From Acidobacteriota bacterium (GTDB taxonomy: Bacteria; Acidobacteriota; UBA6911; RPQK01; JAJDTT01), in assembly GCA_965209055.1 (NCBI GenBank), contig OZ242374.1, positions 64,001-128,000 of the forward strand: 64,000 nt of DNA, given 5' to 3'. The position numbers and the translations under genes are program-made. Below are positions 56,769 through 64,000 of this stretch, piece by piece (within the stretch, counting starts at the first letter, position 1; each line of letters begins with the position of its first letter). Below the pieces are notes generated by a model. It was not told the DNA's origin and searched no databases. It was given only the letters and a program-made list of their open reading frames with translations.

Positions 56769-58018
56769 TGCCCCGCCGTCTCGTCATTCGGTGCGCGCGA
56801 TTCTGCACTGCGGGGCTTCTCATCCCAGTCTGTATTGGCGGACTCCGGGCCGAGATCGTCAGGCACGAGACTTCGGGGCGCGTGAGCCTTGAAAGCCGGT
56901 GGCATCCCCAAAGTGCGGCGTACCCCGGCCAGCGTTCACACGCAAGCGGTCTGGCCATCGAGCCCGAATTCTATCTCGAAGACCATGGAGGCCGGAGCTT
57001 CAATCTGGCGCCGTTTTTTCGTTACGACGCCGGGGACCCGAGCCGAACCCATGTCGATCTGCGTGAAGCCTACCTTCTGCTGTTCGGCGACGTCGCGAAT
57101 AGCGAATGGGAGCTCCGTCTAGGGGTGGACCGGGTGTTCTGGGGAGTCACCGAATCCCGCCACCTGGTCAACATCGTCAACCAGATCGACCTGGTGGAAC
57201 ATCCCTACAAGGAACCCAAGCTGGGCCAACCCATGGCCCACCTTACTTTTTCCGGCGATTGGGGAACGGCGGAAGTCTTCGGCCTGACGTATCACCGTGG
57301 CCGCACCTTTCCGGGCCGCTTCGGCCGTCTGCGACTTCCGTTTGTTGTGGACAACGACATGATTTCCTATGAGAGCGACGCCAAGCAGTGGCATCTGGAT
57401 TTAGCCGGCCGCTACAGTCGCAGTTTCGGGCCTCTCGACCTGGGCATGAGCGTTTTCGACGGCACCAGTCGAGATCCCTTTCTGACTCTGGATCCGGGCC
57501 TCTCCGGAGAACCGGCCTTGGTCCCATACTACGAGCAGATCCGGCAGTTCGGGCTGGACGCCCAGGTGACGGCCGGGTCCTGGCTGTTCAAGCTCGAGGC
57601 GATTCGGCGAACCGGCGCCCAAAACCTTCTCGGCGTGGAAGAAGACTACTCGGCTTCCACGTTTGGCGGCGAGTACACGTTCTATTCCGTATCCGGCTCG
57701 GCGTTGGATCTTACGCTGCTCAGCGAATGGAACTACGACGACCGGCGCCAATATGCCACCAACATCTTCCAGAATGATTTTTTCCTGGCCGCGAGGATAG
57801 CCTTCAACGACGTTCAGAGCACCGAGCTTCTCGCCAGCATTCTGCGAGACGCCGACAGTTCAGGACAGGTGCTGACTCTGGAATTGAACCGGCGCATCTC
57901 GGATCAGTGGTCTCTGCGTCTGGAGTCGATCGCCTTTCGGGGTATCCAGGAAGTGGATCTCACCTATTTGACTCGGCGCGACAGCTTCGTCGAATTGGCC
58001 TTGATTTACAATTTTTGA
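56768..58018 (+). CDS. Probable outer-membrane beta-barrel partner
   Basis: Signal peptide; DLREAY, G...VFWGVTES; amphipathic strands; C-terminal LIYNF; TAATG coupling to the upstream gene. Confidence 0.75.
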   Translation: MPRRLVIRCARFCTAGLLIPVCIGGLRAEIVRHETSGRVSLESRWHPQSAAYPGQRSHASGLAIEPEFYLEDHGGRSFNLAPFFRYDAGDPSRTHVDLREAYLLLFGDVANSEWELRLGVDRVFWGVTESRHLVNIVNQIDLVEHPYKEPKLGQPMAHLTFSGDWGTAEVFGLTYHRGRTFPGRFGRLRLPFVVDNDMISYESDAKQWHLDLAGRYSRSFGPLDLGMSVFDGTSRDPFLTLDPGLSGEPALVPYYEQIRQFGLDAQVTAGSWLFKLEAIRRTGAQNLLGVEEDYSASTFGGEYTFYSVSGSALDLTLLSEWNYDDRRQYATNIFQNDFFLAARIAFNDVQSTELLASILRDADSSGQVLTLELNRRISDQWSLRLESIAFRGIQEVDLTYLTRRDSFVELALIYNF

Positions 58019-58254
58019 GGGTCGCCGGGTTCCCTCGGCATCAGGCAGCCGCGCCGCTCAAATCGCCGGCTCGGGCGTCCTCAGGCGGGAAAAGGAGTCG
58101 GCCTCATCAGTGGCATTCAGCCTTCCGTACCATTTCCCGGCAACGAAAACCATCTGCCGACCGTGGCGTGGTGGTTTCGCTTGAAGGTCCACCGGTGGTA
58201 ATATCGCGGCAAATTGTCGGAAGGATTAGGTCACAATATCCGGGAGTCAGAGCA

Positions 58255-58593
58255 ATGGAGGTTCACGCCGAGCGGGAAGGAGGGATCTTGATCACCCGAG
58301 CGGAGGGCCGTGTCGACGGCACCAATGCCCGCGAATTCGAGGAGGCGCTCCACGCAGTAATCGGGGAGGACGATCGTCTCCTGATCATGGACTTACAAGA
58401 TCTTTCCTACATCAGCAGTGCCGGCCTTCGAGCTTTTCTGATGATTGCAAAGAAGCTGCAGGGACGAGGTGGAAAGCTCGTTGTGTGCTCGCTCACCGAT
58501 ACCATCAACGAGGTGTTTGAGATCAGTGGTTTCAGCAGAATCATCCCCACTCACGCCTCCCGGTCCGAAGCCGTCGCCAAACATGGCGGATAG
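58255..58593 (+). CDS. STAS anti-anti-sigma factor, copy 2
   Basis: 83 of 112 residues identical to copy 1 by hand alignment; YISSAGLR retained. Confidence 0.93.
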   Translation: MEVHAEREGGILITRAEGRVDGTNAREFEEALHAVIGEDDRLLIMDLQDLSYISSAGLRAFLMIAKKLQGRGGKLVVCSLTDTINEVFEISGFSRIIPTHASRSEAVAKHGG

Positions 58594-58761
58594 GATCTAA
58601 TCGTGGAGACCGGAGTGGATGCCGGTCGAGTCTGCTGCGTCGCACTGTCGGGGCGCGCCCGATGACCGGCCGTATTCGCAAGCGGACGGGAATTGCGCCG
58701 GTGACAAGGCACAGTCGCCCGTCGTCTCCTTTATGAGGTTCAGTCTGAGCGAGAGGCGTCG

Positions 58762-59181
58762 TTGAGCCGAAAGCTGTCCCTGGAAATCGACCCCAGAGTT
58801 GAGGAACTGAGTGTGATTACGGCCGCTGTGGAGCAGTTCGGCGACGCGGAAAAATGGCCGTCCGACATGATCTTTCAAATCAACCTGGTGATCGAAGAGC
58901 TGGGACTCAACATCATGACCCACGGGAAGACCAAGAACCTCGAGAAGATCGAGATCACGCTGACCGCGGAAGGTGAGTCCCTCACCGTCGAAATCGTGGA
59001 CAACGGCCATCCGTTCGATCCGACCAGCGAGGCTCCCGAGCCCGATCTGGATGTGGAATTAGGGGAACGCACCATCGGCGGCCTCGGGATCCATATCGTA
59101 CGCAGCCTGGTGGACAACTTGCGCTATCGGCGTCAGGGGGGGAGAAACCACGTGACTCTGGTCAAGGAGCGGGTCCGGTGA
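58762..59181 (+). CDS. RsbW-like anti-sigma factor Ser kinase, copy 2
   Basis: Same 139-aa length and TTG start (MSRKL) as copy 1; EELGLNI, DNG.PFDP and GGLG. Confidence 0.92.
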   Translation: MSRKLSLEIDPRVEELSVITAAVEQFGDAEKWPSDMIFQINLVIEELGLNIMTHGKTKNLEKIEITLTAEGESLTVEIVDNGHPFDPTSEAPEPDLDVELGERTIGGLGIHIVRSLVDNLRYRRQGGRNHVTLVKERVR

Positions 59182-60362
59182 AGCGATGGTCCGGCCGGCC
59201 GGCCGGCGTCCTCATTTTGGTGGCCGCATGGTTGCTGACAGCATTGCCGGTTCCGGCGCAGGAACCCGGCGTTTCCGACGACCGCATTCTCTTCGGACAG
59301 TCCGCCGCTTTCAGCGGTCCTGCCCAGGAGTTGGGTATCAGCATGCGTCTCGGCATCCAGGCCGCCTTCCACGAGGTCAACCGGGCGGGCGGCATCGATG
59401 GCCGTCGGCTGGAGTTGACGTCGCTGGACGATGCCTACGAACCGGAGGCCGCCGTTGCCAATACCGTCACTCTGATCAGGGAACAAGAGGTCTTCGCTCT
59501 CATCGGCGCAGTCGGCACACCCACCTCACGCGCGGCCGTACCGGTTGCCGCGGACGCCAGCGTGCCGTATATCGCCCCCTTCACGGGTGCCGAGTTCCTG
59601 CGCGCCGCCGAGTGGAGCAACGTCATCAACCTTCGGGCCTCCTACAACCAGGAGACCGAAGAAATGGTAGCCAGGTTGACTGAGGACATGGGAATCAAGC
59701 GGATCGCCGTATTGTTCCAGGACGATTCCTTCGGCCGGGCCGGATACCGTGGGGTTCGGGCCGCGCTCGATCGACGGAATATGACGCCGGTGGCCATCGG
59801 CCTTTACCCTCGCAATACCCTGGCGGTAAAGATGGCTCTCCTGGACATCAACGACGGGGACCCCAAAGCCGTGATTCTCATCGGCGCGTACAAACCTCTC
59901 GCCACATTCATTTCCTGGGCCCGGTTTTCGGGCCTCCAAGCCGTATTCATGAACATCTCCTTCGTCGGCAGCAACGCGTTGGCGAAGGAGCTCGGCTCCG
60001 CCGGCGCCGGTGTTTACGTCACTCAGGTCGTGCCCTTCCCGACCGACAAATCGCGTTCCATCGTCCGCGACTACAATCGCGCCCTTGCCGCCTACGCATC
60101 CGGCGTGGTTCCCGGGTTCATCTCCTTCGAAGGCTATCTGGCCGGGCGCCTGGCCATTGCCGGCCTGAAGCAGTCCGGGGGTGAGATTAGTCGAGCCGGT
60201 TTTCTGGACGGTTTTCGCCAAGCCGGAATGATGGACCTCGGTGGGTTCCGGCTTCGTTTCGGCGACCAGGACAACCAGGGATCGGATGCCGTTTATCTGA
60301 CCGTAATCGGTCGTGACGGTCAATATCGTCCCATCAGCTCAATGCTGGAAGCGGCGCCGTGA
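59178..60362 (+). CDS. Periplasmic ligand-binding protein (Leu/Ile/Val-binding-like), with no ABC permease adjacent
   Basis: Signal peptide; GQSAAFSGP, N.AGGI.GR, DDAYEP, GAVGTP and NLRASY..E. Confidence 0.9.
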   Translation: MKRWSGRPAGVLILVAAWLLTALPVPAQEPGVSDDRILFGQSAAFSGPAQELGISMRLGIQAAFHEVNRAGGIDGRRLELTSLDDAYEPEAAVANTVTLIREQEVFALIGAVGTPTSRAAVPVAADASVPYIAPFTGAEFLRAAEWSNVINLRASYNQETEEMVARLTEDMGIKRIAVLFQDDSFGRAGYRGVRAALDRRNMTPVAIGLYPRNTLAVKMALLDINDGDPKAVILIGAYKPLATFISWARFSGLQAVFMNISFVGSNALAKELGSAGAGVYVTQVVPFPTDKSRSIVRDYNRALAAYASGVVPGFISFEGYLAGRLAIAGLKQSGGEISRAGFLDGFRQAGMMDLGGFRLRFGDQDNQGSDAVYLTVIGRDGQYRPISSMLEAAP

Positions 60363-62536
60363 TCGAACGACTGAACCGCTTGCTCGGTAGTCTGCTGCAG
60401 AGTCGCTTTCGGATCTCGACGCAGCTCTACGTCACCATCGGAGGCGCCGTCGCCCTGACGATCGCCGCGAGTCTCGTGGGCTGGTTTTCCTTTGACCGCG
60501 TGGGCGATCTGCAGCGGCGGGTCAATGAACTTCGGTTCCCGGAATTGGAGGCCGCGTTCGGTGTGGCGCAGTACAGCGCCGCCCTGGTCGCGGCTGCGCC
60601 TCGGCTGACCACCGCCGAAACGACCGACGACTTCGCCCAGGTTGCGGCAAGCATCAACGAGTCGAAAACGGCGCTCGAGGAGCAGTTGGCCGTTTTGGAG
60701 CGCCAGGATGCGGCCGACGAACGTTTCCGGCGCATTCGCGCTCACGCCGATACCTTGAGATCGAACATCGAGGCCATCGAAACCGACATGTCGGCGATTT
60801 ACGAATTGGCCGAGCGGAGTTCGGCTCTGCGCACCGAACTCGCGGATCTGCAAGGACGCCTGCAGCGGGTCATCTTCCCGACCGTGGATGACCAATTCTT
60901 TTACACCATCACGGGACACCGAACCTTGGGGGAGCCTCCGGCTCCTCGTTGGAAACATTTCTCGGAAGATCAGTTCGATCGCTTTCGTCACTTGACCGAT
61001 CTGCTGGCGGACGCCAATACCGCCACGCAACTTCTGGACAGTGCTTTCACGGTTTCGGACGCCTTCCTGATCGAGCCTTTGCGAGACAAGTTCGAGGCGT
61101 CTCGCAATCGCATCGAAAGGAGCCTGTCGTCGCTGGGAGAGTCCGAATTGCTTGGGCAGATCTCCGCCGACTTCCAACTTCTTTTCGAGTTGGGCGCCGG
61201 AGAGGAGGGCTGCCTCAATCTGCTGGTCCGCCAATTGAGACTGACCGCGCGGCAGAGAGACCTCTTGGCGGAGAACCGCGGAATCGCCATTGACCTGGTG
61301 GCGGCCGTCGACGAGTTGGTGAAAGCGTCTCAGGCGAGAGCGGCAGCCGACACTCAAGAATCCACACAAGCCATTCTGGCGGGCCGAGTCCTCCTCGTCG
61401 CCATCAACGGGCTCAGCATCGTCGGCGCCGTGCTCATCGCCTGGCTGATCGTGGGACGGATACTGCTGCGCCGCCTGGCGCTGTTGTCGCAGCGCATGCG
61501 GCGAATGGCCGGGGGAGAACTGGAGGGCAAGGTCGAGATCGAAGGAAGGGACGAGGTGGCCGACATGGCCGCCGCCCTGGAGGTGTTTCGGCGCCACGCG
61601 CTGGAGGTCCAGCGTCTGAACCTGGTGGAGAAGCTGGCAGAGGAATTGCGGGGTAAGAACGAACAGTTGGAGAGCGTCCTCGCCGACTTGCGGAAAGCTC
61701 AGGACCAGATCGTCATGCGTGAAAAGCTGGCGGCGCTCGGTGAGCTCACCGCGGGCGTTGCCCATGAGATCAAGAATCCTTTGAACTTCGTCAAGAACTT
61801 CGCGGAGGCGTCGCAGGAACTCCTGGAGGAACTCCAGGAAGTCCTGGAAGAAGAAGGCGAGAAACTGAGTAAGGACGACCGCGAGCTGGTCGCGGAGCTG
61901 ATTCAGGACATCACCGACAATCTACGCCGCATCCACCAGCACGGCGAACGGGCCAACCGGATCGTTCACGACATGCTTATGATGGGCCGTGGCTCGGGCG
62001 AATGGCAGGTGACGGACGTCAACAACCTGCTCGACGAGCACACCCGTCTTGCCTACCACAGCGCGAGGGCGACCGATCCCGATTTCCAGCTCCATATGGA
62101 GATGAGTCTGGACCCGGAGGCCGGTCAATTCGAAGTCGTTCCGCAGGACATGGGCCGGGTTTTTCTGAACATGGTGGGCAACGCCTGCTACGCCACCGAT
62201 CAGAAACGGCGCGCGGCGATCGAGGCGGGGAAAGGCTTTTTCGACTACATGCCGACTCTGTGGGTCGCCACCCGGCGTCTCGAAGACCGGATCGAGGTCC
62301 GAATCAAGGACAATGGGAACGGAATTCCGCCTGAGATCGTAGAAAAGATCTTCAATCCGTTCTTTACCACGAAACCCACCGACCAGGGAACGGGCCTGGG
62401 CCTTGCTCTCTCCAACGACATCGTGCGGGAGCATGGAGGATCCATTCGAGTGGAAACCGAACCCGGCGAGTTCACCGAAATGATTGTCGAAGTCCCCGTG
62501 ATGCGCCCCGTTGCCATGGAAGGGGCTTCGGGGTAG
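60359..62536 (+). CDS. Membrane sensor histidine kinase with a TorS-like helical periplasmic domain and HAMP
   Basis: Two TM helices flanking a long helical sensor; GRDEVADMA (HAMP), GVAHEIKNP, N box, DNGNG and FFTTKP..GTGLGL. Confidence 0.9.
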   Translation: MIERLNRLLGSLLQSRFRISTQLYVTIGGAVALTIAASLVGWFSFDRVGDLQRRVNELRFPELEAAFGVAQYSAALVAAAPRLTTAETTDDFAQVAASINESKTALEEQLAVLERQDAADERFRRIRAHADTLRSNIEAIETDMSAIYELAERSSALRTELADLQGRLQRVIFPTVDDQFFYTITGHRTLGEPPAPRWKHFSEDQFDRFRHLTDLLADANTATQLLDSAFTVSDAFLIEPLRDKFEASRNRIERSLSSLGESELLGQISADFQLLFELGAGEEGCLNLLVRQLRLTARQRDLLAENRGIAIDLVAAVDELVKASQARAAADTQESTQAILAGRVLLVAINGLSIVGAVLIAWLIVGRILLRRLALLSQRMRRMAGGELEGKVEIEGRDEVADMAAALEVFRRHALEVQRLNLVEKLAEELRGKNEQLESVLADLRKAQDQIVMREKLAALGELTAGVAHEIKNPLNFVKNFAEASQELLEELQEVLEEEGEKLSKDDRELVAELIQDITDNLRRIHQHGERANRIVHDMLMMGRGSGEWQVTDVNNLLDEHTRLAYHSARATDPDFQLHMEMSLDPEAGQFEVVPQDMGRVFLNMVGNACYATDQKRRAAIEAGKGFFDYMPTLWVATRRLEDRIEVRIKDNGNGIPPEIVEKIFNPFFTTKPTDQGTGLGLALSNDIVREHGGSIRVETEPGEFTEMIVEVPVMRPVAMEGASG

Positions 62537-62647
62537 CAACTGTAGGATCCCGTCCCGAATTCTTACCGGCCGGTTCCCCGAGCGAGTGTGGTTTCGAGGA
62601 ACGAGATGTTCTAATATCGGGCGGAATTCCGCACTGCGAGTCAACGT

Positions 62648-64000
62648 ATGGATTTTCACTCCTACGATCTCGATGCCCGTTACTACGACGAGATGTTCCA
62701 GGGGGACGGCACTCCTCGCGAACATTTCCAGTCGCTGCATGAAACCCTGAGCCGTCTGTCGGTCGAGGACGTCGGCAGCATTCAGGAACGGGTCACGCGT
62801 TCGTTCTCCAACGAAGGGATCACCTTTACCGTCTACGGCGACGAGGAAGCCGAGGAGCGCATCATTCCCATCGACTGCGTTCCCCGAATCCTGTCCGCCG
62901 AGGAATGGCGCTGGCTCGTCACCGGCCTGAAGCAGCGCCTCCGGGCGCTGAACCTGTTTCTGGGCGACATCTACAACGAGGCAAGCATCATCGCGGATGG
63001 CGTGATCCCGGTGGACGTGGTGAAGGGCTGTCCCCAGTACCGCAATGAAATGCGGGGAGTTTCGGTGCCCCATGGCGTCTGGGTGGGCGTTTGCGGCACC
63101 GACCTGGTGCGTACCAACGACGGTTTCTACGTGTTGGAGGACAACCTGAGGGTCCCCTCGGGAGTTTCCTACATGATCGCCAACCGAAAGGCGGTGAAAG
63201 CCAATTTCCGCCTCCTTTATCGAAACTCCCGGGTCAGAGAAGTCGAGCACTATGGAAGGGTCCTGCTCCAGACCCTGCGGGAGCTGGCGCCCAGGGACCG
63301 GTCCGGACCCTGCATCGTGTTGCTGACACCCGGTGTCTACAATTCCGCCTTCTACGAGCACATATTTCTGGCCAACGAGATCGGCGCGGAGCTGGTGGAA
63401 GGCCGGGACCTGTTGGTCAATGACGGTTTCGTCTACATGCGCACGACGGTGGGCCTGAAGCGCGTCGACGTGATCTACCGGCGCGTGGACGACGATTTTC
63501 TCGATCCCCTGGTCTTTCGTCCCGACTCGCTGCTCGGCGTCCCCGGATTGATTCATGCCTTCAAGCAGGGCAACGTGGCCCTGGTGAACGCTCCCGGCAC
63601 CGGCGTCGCCGATGACAAGAGCGTCTACGCATTCGTCCCGGATATGATCCGGTACTACTTGGGAGAAGAGCCGCTGCTGAAGAACGTGAAGACTTGGCTA
63701 TGCCGTCGACCCGAGGAGCTGGAATATACCCTCGACAACCTGGAGGACCTCGTCGTGAAGCGGGTGGGAGAGTCCGGAGGATACGGCATGTTGGTGGGAC
63801 CGCACTCGACTGCGGAAGAACGCGACGCCTACGCCAAGCAGGTGCGGGCCAACCCGGCCGATTTCATATCTCAGCCTGTCCTTTCGCTCTCGCGTGCGCC
63901 TTGTGTGATCGACGGACGGACAGAGCCGCGCCACGTCGATCTTCGCCCGTTTGTTCTCAATGGCCGCCGGATCCGCATCGTCCCCGGAGCGTTCTGCCGC
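62648..64000 (+). CDS. Circularly permuted type 2 ATP-grasp protein (3' end off the window)
   Basis: Not in the ORF track; hand translation MDFHSYDLDARYYDEMF...GITFTVYG..., VLEDNLRVPSGVSY, RVDVIYRRVDDDFLDP, NAPGTGVADDK and RHVDLRPF. Confidence 0.92.
   Translation, partial: MDFHSYDLDARYYDEMFQGDGTPREHFQSLHETLSRLSVEDVGSIQERVTRSFSNEGITFTVYGDEEAEERIIPIDCVPRILSAEEWRWLVTGLKQRLRALNLFLGDIYNEASIIADGVIPVDVVKGCPQYRNEMRGVSVPHGVWVGVCGTDLVRTNDGFYVLEDNLRVPSGVSYMIANRKAVKANFRLLYRNSRVREVEHYGRVLLQTLRELAPRDRSGPCIVLLTPGVYNSAFYEHIFLANEIGAELVEGRDLLVNDGFVYMRTTVGLKRVDVIYRRVDDDFLDPLVFRPDSLLGVPGLIHAFKQGNVALVNAPGTGVADDKSVYAFVPDMIRYYLGEEPLLKNVKTWLCRRPEELEYTLDNLEDLVVKRVGESGGYGMLVGPHSTAEERDAYAKQVRANPADFISQPVLSLSRAPCVIDGRTEPRHVDLRPFVLNGRRIRIVPGAFCR

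Overview
High-GC bacterial window. The gene content suggests an Acidobacteriota-like, possibly sponge-associated organism; this is inference only. There are four zones. (1) 1-3859: housekeeping or metabolic genes (partial hydrolase, PLP enzyme of the D-threonine aldolase/DSD1 type, TPP enzyme). (2) 3963-20002: a ~16 kb tyrosine-integrase genomic island bounded by an 11-bp direct repeat (AGTCCGCCGGG). It is not integrated in a tRNA. It splits a ~158-nt rod-like palindromic element that lies between two convergent genes. Its cargo is two homologous structured non-coding elements, two large secreted LRR proteins with constant ends and variable repeat arrays, a family of small secreted proteins related to the LRR C-terminal module (one hit by IS5, one surviving only as a fragment), and a methyltransferase. 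(3) 20047-46417: many exported beta-propeller, glycoside-hydrolase-like, sialidase-like and sulfatase genes, an RND pump, ltaE, an mddA-like methanethiol methyltransferase and a PadR module. (4) 46607-62536: the squalene genes hpnCDE followed by an MpaB/Lcp-type oxygenase and an MMPL + LolA-like + outer-membrane protein trio. This block is bracketed by duplicated STAS/RsbW partner-switch genes and followed by a binding-protein/sensor-kinase pair. A partial circularly permuted ATP-grasp gene ends the window. All family calls come from motif recognition, not database searches.
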